Program-made: the position numbers and the translations under genes
Assembly: GCA_963805625.1 (NCBI GenBank)
Contig: CAWDVE010000019.1
Span: 576,001 to 640,000 of the forward strand
DNA: 64,000 nt
Direction of reading: 5' to 3'
Source: an uncultured Candidatus Rokubacteria bacterium
GTDB taxonomy: Bacteria; Methylomirabilota; Methylomirabilia; Rokubacteriales; DASRDR01
Notes under the pieces: model-generated
Told to the model about the DNA's origin: nothing
Databases searched by the model: none
The model's input: the letters and a program-made list of their open reading frames with translations, nothing else
In this document: piece by piece, positions 9,084 through 18,915 of the stretch
Numbering within the stretch: the first letter of the stretch is position 1
Layout of the letters: each line of letters begins with the position of its first letter

Positions 9084-9776
9084 GTGCGTGTCGTCCGTGG
9101 CATCCTCGGGGCGATCCGGGGACACCCATGGGTGTTCCTGGCCATTGCCGTGACCGTGGTGGGGCTCTCGATCCTGGGCCCGCCGGCGCTCCTCTCCGTC
9201 GCGCGCCGGCCCGTCGACTACTTCGCCTTCAATCCCTGGCTGAAGGGTCTTCCGGCGTACGTCCTCTCGTCGACGATCCCGCTCGAGCAGAAGCTCCAGA
9301 AGCTCCCCGCTCTCGCCCTCTTCTGGTTCTCTTCGGACAGCCCCTACGGCGGCACCGAGTGGGGCTTTGCGGTGGACGTCACTGACATGGCGCGCATCCT
9401 GCTCCTGGCCGGCCTCTTCGGCGCGTACTTCGCCCTCCTCGCGCGCCGCCGCGAGGCGTCGGCCGCCCGGGGTGCGGGCTTGGCGGCCACCCGCCGGGGC
9501 GGCATCGCGGGGATGCTGACGAGCGTCGTGGGGCTGTCGACCGGGCCGTGCAGCGTCATGGGCTGCGGCGCGCCGGTGCTCCCCGTCGTCGGGCTCGCGT
9601 TCGCGGGGCTGTCCAGCGGGACGCTCGCCTTCCTGGCGGGCCTGTCGCGGGTCACGACGCTGCTGGTCTTCCTGGCGCTCGCGGCGGCCGTCGTCATCCT
9701 GGGCTGGCAGACCGGCCCGGCGCGGGGCGCTCCCGCTACACCGGCGCGCACTCCCGTCCCGCGAACCTCTCCCTGA
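9084..9776 (+). CDS. Hypothetical membrane protein with a CxxxxC motif
   Basis: Four or more hydrophobic helices; 'GPCSVMGCGAPVLP'; GGGAG upstream of GTG 9084. Confidence 0.7.
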   Translation: MRVVRGILGAIRGHPWVFLAIAVTVVGLSILGPPALLSVARRPVDYFAFNPWLKGLPAYVLSSTIPLEQKLQKLPALALFWFSSDSPYGGTEWGFAVDVTDMARILLLAGLFGAYFALLARRREASAARGAGLAATRRGGIAGMLTSVVGLSTGPCSVMGCGAPVLPVVGLAFAGLSSGTLAFLAGLSRVTTLLVFLALAAAVVILGWQTGPARGAPATPARTPVPRTSP

Positions 9777-10368
9777 CCCCGGGGAAGCGTCCGAGGAGGT
9801 CTCGGATCGCGTCGCAGCCCGCGACGCTGCCCGGCTGCGGGGGTTGGCCCGAGGCGGTGGCGGTGCGGTGAATGGCGAGGAGCCACGCGTACATCTCCTC
9901 CAGGGCCTCGCTCTCGGACAGCCCCTTGACCTGGACCAGGATGTCGACCGCCTGGGCGTTCCCGTCCAGAGCGATCTGCGCGCGTTCGCGCTCCCGATCC
10001 GCCAGCGAGGTGGCCTTGCTGGGCGCGCGGAGGATCTCGTAGCCGAGCGCTGTCGCGATCACGAGGTCCCGGTTCGTGGCCCGTAGCAGCCGGCGGTTCA
10101 GGTAAAGTCCCCCGCGCGTGTACACGGCCGGGCTCGATGCGTACTGCTGCACGGAGCTGCTCCCGACCCACGACGCGACCGAGACCTCGAGCGGCGCCAC
10201 CATCCGGTAGCGCTGGGCCGCCGCCCGGACGAAATCGCGGATCTGCTGGAGGCTTGCCTCCTCGTCGGGGGCCAGCGGGCCGGTTCCCTGAGCGAAGGCG
10301 GCACACGGCATCGCGGCAAGACAGGCGAGGGCGAGCACGCGGAGGCAGGAGCGGGCGGATGGCCGCAT
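9736..10368 (-). CDS. Exported hypothetical protein, possible inactive M48/zincin homologue
   Basis: Signal peptide ending AAFA-Q; 'IATALGYEILRA' at the position expected for HExxH; GAGGAG RBS. Confidence 0.65.
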   Translation of the reverse strand: MRPSARSCLRVLALACLAAMPCAAFAQGTGPLAPDEEASLQQIRDFVRAAAQRYRMVAPLEVSVASWVGSSSVQQYASSPAVYTRGGLYLNRRLLRATNRDLVIATALGYEILRAPSKATSLADRERERAQIALDGNAQAVDILVQVKGLSESEALEEMYAWLLAIHRTATASGQPPQPGSVAGCDAIRDLLGRFPGVRERFAGRECAPV

Positions 10369-10393
10369 GGAACGATCTCCTCGAGTCCGGGCG

Positions 10394-11116
10394 TTACCCC
10401 CGAAGCGTGCGCATGACCTCCTCGTTCGCCATCGCGGCGCCCGGATCGCCGTGGAAGATGATCTCGCCGCGGTCGATGGCGTAGAGCCGGTCGGCGATCC
10501 GGCTCGCGGTGGCGAGGTTCGACTCGGCGATCAGGAGCGAGATCCCCATGTCCTTGATCCGCCGCGCCGTGTCGATGAACCGGCTCACGACGACGGGGGC
10601 GAGCCCCTCGAACGGCTCGTCCAGCAAGAGGATCGATGGCGACAGCGTCAGGGCCCGGGCGATGGCCACCATCTTCTTCTGGCCGCCGGAGAGGTTGAGG
10701 CCACGGCGGCTCAGGAACTGCCGCACCTCGGGGAACAGGTCGAACACGCGCTGGTCGACGCTCGTTCCCGCCGCGATCGAGCCCCTCCGCGCGGCGGCGA
10801 CGAGCGACTGGCTGATCTCGAAGTTCTCGGCGACCGTCAGGTCAGGGAAGATGCCGGCGTCCTCAGGCGCGTAGCCGATTCCGAGGCGGGCGCGCTCGTA
10901 CGTGGGGAGCCGCGTGATGTCCCGGTCATTCAGGAGGACCCGGCCGCTCCGCACCGGGAGGATCCCCATCGTGCTTTCGATCGTCGTCGTCTTGCCGGCG
11001 CCGTTCCGCCCCACCAGGCAGACCGCCTCGCCCGCGCCGACGCGAAGGGAGACGCCCTGAAGGACGTGCGCGGCGCCCCGGTACGTGTGGATGTCGTGCA
11101 GGTCCAGCGCGTTCAT
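10394..11116 (-). CDS. livF: Branched-chain amino acid ABC transporter ATP-binding protein (LivF-like)
   Basis: Walker A 'GRNGAGKTT', 'LSGGQKKM', 'LLLDEPFEGLAP'. Confidence 0.9.
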   Translation of the reverse strand: MNALDLHDIHTYRGAAHVLQGVSLRVGAGEAVCLVGRNGAGKTTTIESTMGILPVRSGRVLLNDRDITRLPTYERARLGIGYAPEDAGIFPDLTVAENFEISQSLVAAARRGSIAAGTSVDQRVFDLFPEVRQFLSRRGLNLSGGQKKMVAIARALTLSPSILLLDEPFEGLAPVVVSRFIDTARRIKDMGISLLIAESNLATASRIADRLYAIDRGEIIFHGDPGAAMANEEVMRTLRG

Positions 11117-11164
11117 TGTGCCCGCCTTGTCCGGCGGCGCGCCGCGGGCTGAGGCGCTCACGCT

Positions 11165-11926
11165 CTAGCCCTGAGGGGCCGCATGGGTACCGAGAAGCGT
11201 CATGGCAACCTGCTCGTTTCGCCGGATTTCATCCGGCGTGCCGGAGGCGAGAACCGCTCCCTGGTGCATGGCGACGATGCGATCGGAGTAGCGGAACACG
11301 ATGTCCATATCGTGCTCGATCACCACGGCGGTGATCCCCTCGGCTCGCACGACGGCCGTGATGATGTCCATGATCGGCGCCTTCTCCCGTGTGCTGACGC
11401 CGCTCGTCGGCTCGTCGAGGAACAGGAGTTTCGGGCGGAGCGCGTAGGCCACGGCGACGTCGAGGAGCTTCCGCTCGCCCTGCGAGATGGAACCGGCCAG
11501 CACGGGAGCATGGGCCTCCAGACCGAACTGGCGGAGCACGGCGACGGCCTCGTCTCGCACCGCGCCATCCCGGTCCGCCAGCGTCCACAGCCAGCGCGTC
11601 TTGCCCTGGCGCGAGAAGATCGTCAAGGCGATGTTGTCGAGAACCGTCAGATGGTCGAAGAGGTTCACCAGCTGGAAGCTGCGCGCGATGCCGACGCGGA
11701 TCCGCTCGTTGATCGACTGGCGCGTGATGTCGTGCCCGTCGAACACGAGGGCGCCGCGGTCCGCCGGGAAGAAGCCGCTGATGAGGTTCACGAGCGTGGT
11801 CTTCCCGGCGCCGTTCGATCCGATGAGACCCAGGAACTCGCCCCGCTGGATCGTGAGCGTGACGTCGTCGACGGCCCGGTTGTCCCCAAACGCCTTGGTG
11901 ATGTTGCGAATCTCGAGGAGGCTCAT
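11165..11926 (-). CDS. livG: Branched-chain amino acid ABC transporter ATP-binding protein (LivG-like)
   Basis: 'GSNGAGKTT', 'GIARSFQ', 'LFLDEPTSG', 'IEHDMD'. Confidence 0.9.
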   Translation of the reverse strand: MSLLEIRNITKAFGDNRAVDDVTLTIQRGEFLGLIGSNGAGKTTLVNLISGFFPADRGALVFDGHDITRQSINERIRVGIARSFQLVNLFDHLTVLDNIALTIFSRQGKTRWLWTLADRDGAVRDEAVAVLRQFGLEAHAPVLAGSISQGERKLLDVAVAYALRPKLLFLDEPTSGVSTREKAPIMDIITAVVRAEGITAVVIEHDMDIVFRYSDRIVAMHQGAVLASGTPDEIRRNEQVAMTLLGTHAAPQG

Positions 11927-12948
11927 GCCCGGCGGCTCCTTCGCAGCCACGCGAGCAGCTGCCCGGCGGTCCCCACGAGCCCCGTGGGCATCGTCAGGAC
12001 GAGGGCGACGAGGATGACCCCCAGGACCAGCTGCCAGTAGACGGTGGCGCTGACCGCGAACACCTCCAGGTAGTTGAAGACGAAGGCCCCCACCACCGGG
12101 CCCCAGAAGGTGCGGAAGCCCCCCAGCACGGCCATGAAGACGATGCGGCCGGAGAAGGGCCAGTAGAGGACCTCCGGGGTCGTCAGCCCGTTCAGGGGGA
12201 CCCAGAGGACGCCCGCGAGGCCCGTGAATGCTCCCGAGACCAGGAAGGCGACGTACCGGTAGCGCCGGACCTGAACGCCGACGAACTCTGCCCGCACCTC
12301 GTTGTCGCGGATCGCCTGCAGCGCCTTCCCGAACGGCGAGTGCACGATCACCCACATGACTGCCGTCGCCACGACGAAGACCGCGAGGACGTAGTAGTAG
12401 TAACGGTACGCCAGGAATTCGATCTTGTCCGCCTGGACGCCGAAGGCCTGCGTGAAAGCGCCGCCGAGCAAGGTCGGGGTGGGCACGCGGAGGCCGTCGC
12501 TCCCTCCCGTCACCCAGAAGAGCTTCATCGCGAGGCTCCAGAGCACCTGCGAGAGGGCCAGCGCGAGGATCCCGAAGAAGATCCGCGTGTAACGGACGCA
12601 TACTGCCCCGATCAGCGCGGCCACCAGCAGAGAGGCCAGCACCCCGCCGACGATGAAGGCCTCCATCGACCGGATGCCCCAGTACTTCACCAGAAACGCC
12701 GCGGCGTAGGCGCCGGTGCCGAAGAAGGCCGAGTGCCCGAACGACAGGAGCCCCGTGTACCCGAGCAGGAGGTTGAAGCCCAGCGCCGCGATCCCGAGGA
12801 TCAGCCCGTACGACACCTGGAGGGTGTCGAACGGGGGCAGGATCAGCGGGAGCACGCCGAGAACCAGGAGGCTGAAGGCCACGCCCGCCAGGCGACGGGG
12901 CGTCAGGAGCGCCTGGGTGGCGGCCGCGACCGATCCGCGGGCGCTCAT
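11923..12948 (-). CDS. livM: Branched-chain amino acid ABC transporter permease (LivM-like)
   Basis: 'GYTGLLSFGHSAFFGTGAY', 'TGGSDGL', 'SPFGKALQAIRDNE.RA'. Confidence 0.9.
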   Translation of the reverse strand: MSARGSVAAATQALLTPRRLAGVAFSLLVLGVLPLILPPFDTLQVSYGLILGIAALGFNLLLGYTGLLSFGHSAFFGTGAYAAAFLVKYWGIRSMEAFIVGGVLASLLVAALIGAVCVRYTRIFFGILALALSQVLWSLAMKLFWVTGGSDGLRVPTPTLLGGAFTQAFGVQADKIEFLAYRYYYYVLAVFVVATAVMWVIVHSPFGKALQAIRDNEVRAEFVGVQVRRYRYVAFLVSGAFTGLAGVLWVPLNGLTTPEVLYWPFSGRIVFMAVLGGFRTFWGPVVGAFVFNYLEVFAVSATVYWQLVLGVILVALVLTMPTGLVGTAGQLLAWLRRSRRA

Positions 12949-13820
12949 GCGCGTCCGAACAGGCCGGCCGGCCGGAAGAAGAGGACGACCGCCGCGATGA
13001 GATAGAGGAGGGCGAGCTCGACCTCCGCGAAATACGTGATGCCGACCGTCCGGACCGCGCCCACGATCACCGCACCTACCAGCGCCCCTTCCAGCGACCC
13101 GAGGCCGCCGATGACCACGACGACGAACGCGAGGATGAGGGCCTCGACGCCCATGCCCAGCACCGCCCCCGAGATGGGCATGACCACCGCGCCGCCCAGA
13201 CCCGCCATGAAGCACCCGATCGTGAACGCCTGCACGTAGACACGTTTGACGTTGACCCCGAGGGCCGCCGCCATGCGCATGTCCTGGGAGGTCGCCCGGA
13301 GCATCACACCGAAGCGGGTCTTGTACACGAAGGCCCAGAGGCCCGCGGCGGCAAGGGCGCCGACCAGAATGACGAAGATGTTGTAGCCGGGGTACGTCGC
13401 CCCCAGGATGGTGATGCTGCCGAGCGCGTCCGAGAGCGCACTGGCCGTGAGGGGATGCGGCCCCCAGACGAGGCGGAGCAAGTCTTCGAGAATCAGGAGG
13501 AGCCCGAACGTGATGAGGAGCTGGTACTCCTCCGCCCGCCGGTAGAGCGGCCGCAGCATCGTCGGCTCGAGGATCGCGCCGGCCAGCGCGGCGGCCCCCG
13601 CCCCGATCAGCAAGAGCAGGAAGAGGGCGGCTGGCGGAAACACGCCCGCCAGGAGGCCGACGATCCACGCGGCCACGTAGGCGCCGAGCGCGTAGAGGTT
13701 GCCGTGGGCCATGTTCACGATGCGCATGACGCCGTAGACCAGGGTGAGCCCGCATGCGATGAGGAAGAGGATGGACGCGTAGAAGAGCGAGTTCAGGATG
13801 TGGATGACTAGCGTGTCCAC
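12945..13820 (-). CDS. livH: Branched-chain amino acid ABC transporter permease (LivH-like)
   Basis: 'GLTLVYGVMRIVNMAHG', 'TRFG..LRATSQD..MA', 'VVIGGLGSL.GA'. Confidence 0.9.
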   Translation of the reverse strand: MDTLVIHILNSLFYASILFLIACGLTLVYGVMRIVNMAHGNLYALGAYVAAWIVGLLAGVFPPAALFLLLLIGAGAAALAGAILEPTMLRPLYRRAEEYQLLITFGLLLILEDLLRLVWGPHPLTASALSDALGSITILGATYPGYNIFVILVGALAAAGLWAFVYKTRFGVMLRATSQDMRMAAALGVNVKRVYVQAFTIGCFMAGLGGAVVMPISGAVLGMGVEALILAFVVVVIGGLGSLEGALVGAVIVGAVRTVGITYFAEVELALLYLIAAVVLFFRPAGLFGRA

Positions 13821-16060
13821 GGGACCACCTTCACGGGCAGGTTGGTGCGGTTGTCGTCGACGGCGAGCGCGACGAGGGCCACATAGTGGCCCGGTCGGTC
13901 CACCGCGCGGAGGTCGATGCGGTAGTCCCCAGGGTCGCTCGCCTCCACGGTTCCCGCGGCGGCCACCGCGCCGTCCGGCCCCACCACGACGTAGTGGCCG
14001 ACCGGCAGGCTCCGACGATCCTGCTCGAGGACGCGCTTGACGAACGGCTCACGGACGATCTGGTACTCGCGACCGAAGCGGTCCAGCCGCTCCACCTCGG
14101 CCTTCAGCACGAGCTCGTCGGCGCGAGCCTCGACCGCCGTGACGAAGGCACGAAGCGGGAGCGCGTGGCTGTTGAAGGCGCCGAGGCCCCTCGGATAGGA
14201 GAGATCCCGGAACACCTGGAGAACGCTCGCGTCCTCCGTCCAGCTCGCGAGCCGGTACGGCCCGTTCGTGACGAGAAAGTGTCCCGACGCGTCGTGGAAG
14301 GCGCGGAGCGCCGCCCACCGCGCCTCTGCCTCCTCGGGCGTGACCCGGCCGACGAGCGCGGCCGGCACGTGCCGACGCGCGGCCAGCTCGTCGAGGAGCG
14401 CGCGAAGCCGCGGACCGAGCGCTCGGTCACGGACCAGATCGAGCCAGGGCACGCCGCGCGCCTGGGCGTTCTCGCGCGAGAAGGCCGCGAGGCCGCGGGC
14501 GACCGCCTCCTCCGCGAGGGCCAGCAGGGGCCAGGGTACGGTCGTCCAGGGCGGTGCGATCAGGGCCGTCTCGGCCGGGTTTGCTGACGGCCGGTCGACG
14601 AATACCTCCACGATCGGCACCTCGTAGGTGAGCTTGTCCTCGCCGAACGCGAGCACATCGGTCTCGGTCCGCAGGATCCGCAGCGCCGCCAGGCGCTCGC
14701 GCATTCGTGCCGTGGCACGCATCACCGCCGGATCCTGGGTGCGCCAGGCGAGACCGAGCGCGTAGAGGAGGTCCGTGGCCTCGAGCTTCGTGTTGTCGTG
14801 GAAGCGGGAGGCGAGCACCCGGTAGACCACGCGCGCGCCGGCACGCCGGCCGGGACCGACCGCGCGGAGGGCGCCGGTGCCCCGCTCGACCGCGAGCGCC
14901 TCCTCGGGCACCGCCACGTCCGGGGCGCCGAGCTCCACCGAGGCGACGGTCACGCGGTTCGGGATCCAGCCGGTCCCGTGGGGGGAGGGGAAGAGGGCGG
15001 GATCGCCGAGCGTGAGCCAGAGGAGCCGGCCGGCCGGATCGGTGAAGCCTGCCACCGGGTTCCAGGCGGCCGAGGGGGGCTCCGGCACGCCGACCGTCAG
15101 CCAGCCGTTCCACGGAAAGTCCTTGAGCTTGACCGTTCGCGGGAAGATCGCCGAGCCCAGGCCGGCCTGCGCGTCGTAGGCGGCGTTCTCGATGCCGCCC
15201 GAGTAGTCCGCGTTCAACGATTCCGCTCTGAGCGTGTAGCCGGCGATGGTGCGCTCGCACCCTGCGCGCAGCGTCGAGACCAGCTCGCGCTGGAGCGTCA
15301 ATCGCTGGCGCTCTGGCACGTTCTCGCCGGCCGCGAGCCGCTCGTGGAGGGCATCGGCCCGCCGCCGGGTGTCCAGATCGCCCACGCCGTCGCGGAGGAC
15401 GAGGTAGGCGTGGTGCCAGCCCATCTTGAGCCCCGGAGCGCCCGGGCTCCCGTTGGGCCCCACCGCGGCCTCTGCCCACAACGGCGCGATCTCCACGGTC
15501 TCGACGGCGGCGTCCCAGTCGGCACCGGCGGCCCGGTGCGCCGGCGGGATGAGCGCCGCGGCGCTGGGATCTCCCGCCCGGACGCGAAGCGGAGGGCCGT
15601 CCCACCCGACAGGGGCGCTCGCCGCGGCGGCGAGGTCGGCGTGCTGGAGATAGTCGGGGTGATACGGGGTTACCGGGTACGGATGCGGCCGGTACCCGGG
15701 GGCGGCTGTCAGAGCCTCGGCCACCGCGCGAGCCGCGGCGCACCGGCGCCCGGGATCGCCCGGGAACCGAGCTGTCGGGTTGAGCGCGATCACCACGTAC
15801 GCGGCCAGAGATTCCGCTCGAGCGACGGTGGGCGGGACGGGGCTGCCGGCGAAAGGGTCGGCCCCGAGATAGGCATGAAGCGACCCATCGGCGAGCTTTG
15901 CGGGGACTGCGGCTTGGCTGAGCACGCTGAGCGTGATCTCCTGCGGATAGTAGGAGGGATAGAAGGGGAACTCGTGCCCGGCCCGCGCGGGGAGGGTGGG
16001 ATAGAGCCACACGGCCAGCGCCGTGGCGAGGAACGCGGCACGGCGCGGACTCGGTCTCAT
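13808..16060 (-). CDS. Large exported protein resembling a divergent family-5 (Opp/Dpp-like) solute-binding protein
   Basis: Signal peptide (RR..FL...ARA); 'WNPVAGFTD', 'FHDNT....DLLY', 'NGPYRL' recall SBP_bac_5 motifs; overlaps the livH start. Confidence 0.65.
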   Translation of the reverse strand: MRPSPRRAAFLATALAVWLYPTLPARAGHEFPFYPSYYPQEITLSVLSQAAVPAKLADGSLHAYLGADPFAGSPVPPTVARAESLAAYVVIALNPTARFPGDPGRRCAAARAVAEALTAAPGYRPHPYPVTPYHPDYLQHADLAAAASAPVGWDGPPLRVRAGDPSAAALIPPAHRAAGADWDAAVETVEIAPLWAEAAVGPNGSPGAPGLKMGWHHAYLVLRDGVGDLDTRRRADALHERLAAGENVPERQRLTLQRELVSTLRAGCERTIAGYTLRAESLNADYSGGIENAAYDAQAGLGSAIFPRTVKLKDFPWNGWLTVGVPEPPSAAWNPVAGFTDPAGRLLWLTLGDPALFPSPHGTGWIPNRVTVASVELGAPDVAVPEEALAVERGTGALRAVGPGRRAGARVVYRVLASRFHDNTKLEATDLLYALGLAWRTQDPAVMRATARMRERLAALRILRTETDVLAFGEDKLTYEVPIVEVFVDRPSANPAETALIAPPWTTVPWPLLALAEEAVARGLAAFSRENAQARGVPWLDLVRDRALGPRLRALLDELAARRHVPAALVGRVTPEEAEARWAALRAFHDASGHFLVTNGPYRLASWTEDASVLQVFRDLSYPRGLGAFNSHALPLRAFVTAVEARADELVLKAEVERLDRFGREYQIVREPFVKRVLEQDRRSLPVGHYVVVGPDGAVAAAGTVEASDPGDYRIDLRAVDRPGHYVALVALAVDDNRTNLPVKVVPWTR

Positions 16061-16120
16061 GACGGAGTGAATTGGCTCCTCACTGGCTCGGTCAGGTCGG
16101 ATCGGGTCCCGGTGGGACGC

Positions 16121-16151
16121 GGGTCCCGGCAGGCATCGCCCGCCGGGACCC
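16121..16151 (-). terminator. GC-rich hairpin after the SBP gene (mRNA stabiliser or attenuator)
   Basis: GGGTCCCGGC-aggc-atc-gccc-GCCGGGACCC stem; no U tract. Confidence 0.5.
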
Positions 16152-16163
16152 GGAGGATCTCAG

Positions 16164-17537
16164 CTACGCAGTCGCCTGCGGCCAGGTCTCCTCGATCCAC
16201 TTGAAGGTCGCCGTCGGCTCGCCTTTCGGCCAGCCCGGCGGTGCCGTGACGTTGCGGATCGGCACCGTGATCACTCGCTTGGGGTCCATGACCGGGAAGG
16301 GATAGTCCGGTGAGTTCCAGAGATATCCGGTGATGGCGTCCTTGTACCCCTGGTGGTTGTCTGGTCGGATGTGGATGTAGCCGGCCGGTGACTCCCAGGA
16401 CAGACCCTCGAGCATGGCGATGATGGCGTCCTCGTCGGGCCAGCCGCCCATCAGCCGGTTCGCCTTTTCGATCGCGAGTTTCAACATGTACAACGCGGTG
16501 TACGCGCCCTCCGCCTCGAAGTTCGGGTACTCCTTCCAGCGCTCGTGGAACTTCTTGACGAATTGCACGTTCAGTGGCCACCGGTTGCCCGCTGGGTGGA
16601 GGAAGTGGTAGTTGGCGTGGACGCCAGCCACGATCCCCTCCGGGTGGTCTTTGCCGATGGCGTGGGGAGCGATGCCGAAGGCCAGACTGGTGGCCACCTT
16701 CATCTTCTTGAAGAGGTCGTAGCGGAGCGCCTGCTTGTAGAAGGCGATGTAGTCGCCGCCCCAGACCGAGACGTAGAGCAGGTCGGGCTTAGCCGAGATC
16801 GTCTTCGTGATGTGGGCCGTGAACTCGGTCGTGCCAAGCTTGGGCCACGCCTCCGATACGACGTCCAGCTTGCCCGGGATGAGCTTCTTCATCACGATGT
16901 TGAAGTGATCGAATGCGTTCCGGCCGTACGAGTAGTCGGGGTGGAGGTGGGCGATCTTTCGCGACTCGGGCCAGGCGGTGGCGGCACCGATGGCGGCCAT
17001 CGCGCCGTCCGCTGACTGGATGTTCGTGAGGCGGAAGACGTAGTGCGGATCCGGGACGGCCTTCTCGAACAGGAAGTCCGTGCAGCCGTCGGTGAAGAGG
17101 GTCAGGCACTTCACCTCCTCGGCCACGGGGCCGAGGGCCGGCGTGTTGCCGCTCGAGATGACCCCGGTGAAGCAGTCGATCTTCTCCGACAGCTTCATCC
17201 GGCGGAGCTCCTTGACGTTCGCATCGGTCCCAGCCGCCTCGTCGGCCTTGATCGTCTCGATCTGGCGCTTGCCGAGGAGCCCGCCCTGCGCGTTGATCTC
17301 CTCCGCGGCGAGGATGTGGCCCTTGTAGCTCTGCTCGCCGAGCACGGCGGCGGGGCCCGTGAAGAAGGTCATGTGGCCGGTCTTGTAGGGCGTGCTCGGG
17401 ATGTTGCCCTTCGGGGTGAACTTCTGCTGCGCCTCCGCCGCCTTCGGCGTCACGATCGAGCCGGCACTGGCGGCGGCGGCTCCGATCGTCACGCCCAGGC
17501 GCTTGAGGAGATCGCGTCGGGTGACCTGCTCTGCCAT
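16164..17537 (-). CDS. Branched-chain amino acid-type ABC substrate-binding protein, Tat-exported
   Basis: Tat motif 'TRRDLLK'; 'EEINAQGGLLG', 'PDYSYGR', 'KPDLLYVSVWGGD'; AAGGAGG RBS. Confidence 0.9.
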   Translation of the reverse strand: MAEQVTRRDLLKRLGVTIGAAAASAGSIVTPKAAEAQQKFTPKGNIPSTPYKTGHMTFFTGPAAVLGEQSYKGHILAAEEINAQGGLLGKRQIETIKADEAAGTDANVKELRRMKLSEKIDCFTGVISSGNTPALGPVAEEVKCLTLFTDGCTDFLFEKAVPDPHYVFRLTNIQSADGAMAAIGAATAWPESRKIAHLHPDYSYGRNAFDHFNIVMKKLIPGKLDVVSEAWPKLGTTEFTAHITKTISAKPDLLYVSVWGGDYIAFYKQALRYDLFKKMKVATSLAFGIAPHAIGKDHPEGIVAGVHANYHFLHPAGNRWPLNVQFVKKFHERWKEYPNFEAEGAYTALYMLKLAIEKANRLMGGWPDEDAIIAMLEGLSWESPAGYIHIRPDNHQGYKDAITGYLWNSPDYPFPVMDPKRVITVPIRNVTAPPGWPKGEPTATFKWIEETWPQATA

Positions 17538-17639
17538 TGGGTGTCCTCCTTGCGTTGCGCTGCTATCGCGGGCCTGGGGCGCGGACCCTGGGGGATGGGG
17601 CCTCTTCGAGCCAGCTGGGGCGATCACGGAATGTTCGGC

Positions 17640-17669
17640 ATTGCACCACGGCACCTTCCGGGGTGTCAA
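17640..17669 (-). promoter_or_regulatory. Sigma70-type promoter for the ABC operon
   Basis: TTGACA(17669-17664)-N18-TGCAAT with an extended -10 TG. Confidence 0.55.
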
Positions 17670-17796
17670 GGCCACGGGAAGGGCCCCCCGAGTGCCGTCC
17701 GCTCGGCCCACGCCTTGCGCCTCCACCGCCGGGCGCGCTAAGGTCCCGTGGGGTCGCCGGGCTGCCGGGACGATCCCGGACGGGAGGGCGTGGCTC

Positions 17797-18894
17797 ATGA
17801 AGGCTGTCGTGCTGCCCGCGGTCGGGGCGCCGCTCGTGGTCGAGGACATCCCCGTCCCCGAGCCCCGGACCGGCGAGGTCCTCATTCGCGCCCGCGCCTG
17901 CGGCGTGTGTCACACGGATCTTCACGTCGTCAAGGGCGAGGTGAAGTTTCCCGTCCCGGCGGTGCTCGGGCACGAGGTGTCGGGGACGGTGGAAGCGGCC
18001 GGGGCGGGGGTAGCTGGGCTCGAGCGTGGCGCCCGGGTGGTCGCCTCCTTCATCATGCCGTGCAACCGCTGTCGCTTCTGTGCCGTCGGTCGCGACGACC
18101 TCTGCGAGACCTTCTTCGCGCTGAACCGCCTCAAGGGCGTCCTCTACGACGGCGAGAGCCGCCTCCGCCGCGCGGACGGCACCGTCCTGGCCATGTACAG
18201 CATGGGCGGCCTAGCCGAGTACTGCGTCGTGCCCGCCACCGACGTCTTCCGGGTCCCGGACGCGCTTCCGCTGGAGGAGGCCTGCATCCTCGGGTGCGCG
18301 ATCATGACCGCGTACGGCGCGGTGAAGCACCAGGCAGCGCTCCGGGCGTCCGAGACGGTGGCGGTCGTCGGCGCCGGGGGAGTGGGGTCGAACGTGATCC
18401 AGCTGGCGCGGCTGTTCGGCGCGCTGCGGGTCATCGCTGTCGACGTCCGGGCAGAGAAGCTCGACGCGGCCCGTCAGCTTGGGGCGACGGACGGTGTCGA
18501 CGCGAGCGCCGGGGATGCCGTCGCCGAGGTGCGGCGGCTCACCGGCGGCGAGGGCGTCGACGTCGCCTTCGAGGCGCTGGGGCGGCCCGAGACGGTGACG
18601 GCCGCCTTCAAGATGGCGCGGGACGGCGGTCGCGTCGTGGTGATCGGCATCGCGGCCGGTGCCACGCCGGCGCCCATCGAGATCACGCACCTCGTGCGCC
18701 GGGGGATCCGGCTCCAGGGATCCTACGGCGCGCGCGTGCGGGGCGACATGCCGGAGATCGTGAGCCTGGCGGCCGCCGGGCGGATCAGCGTGACTCAGCC
18801 CATCTCCCGTCGCTACCGCCTCGACCAGGCGGACGAGGCCTACCGGGCGCTCGATCGCGGGCAGATCACGGGGCGCGCGATCGTGGTGATGTAG
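17797..18894 (+). CDS. Zn-dependent alcohol dehydrogenase (MDR, class III-like)
   Basis: 'CGVCHTD', 'GHE', 'CNRCRFC...C' structural Zn site, 'GAGGVG'; GGGAGG RBS. Confidence 0.93.
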   Translation: MKAVVLPAVGAPLVVEDIPVPEPRTGEVLIRARACGVCHTDLHVVKGEVKFPVPAVLGHEVSGTVEAAGAGVAGLERGARVVASFIMPCNRCRFCAVGRDDLCETFFALNRLKGVLYDGESRLRRADGTVLAMYSMGGLAEYCVVPATDVFRVPDALPLEEACILGCAIMTAYGAVKHQAALRASETVAVVGAGGVGSNVIQLARLFGALRVIAVDVRAEKLDAARQLGATDGVDASAGDAVAEVRRLTGGEGVDVAFEALGRPETVTAAFKMARDGGRVVVIGIAAGATPAPIEITHLVRRGIRLQGSYGARVRGDMPEIVSLAAAGRISVTQPISRRYRLDQADEAYRALDRGQITGRAIVVM

Positions 18895-18915
18895 TCTGGC
18901 TGGCAGGAGGCGGCG

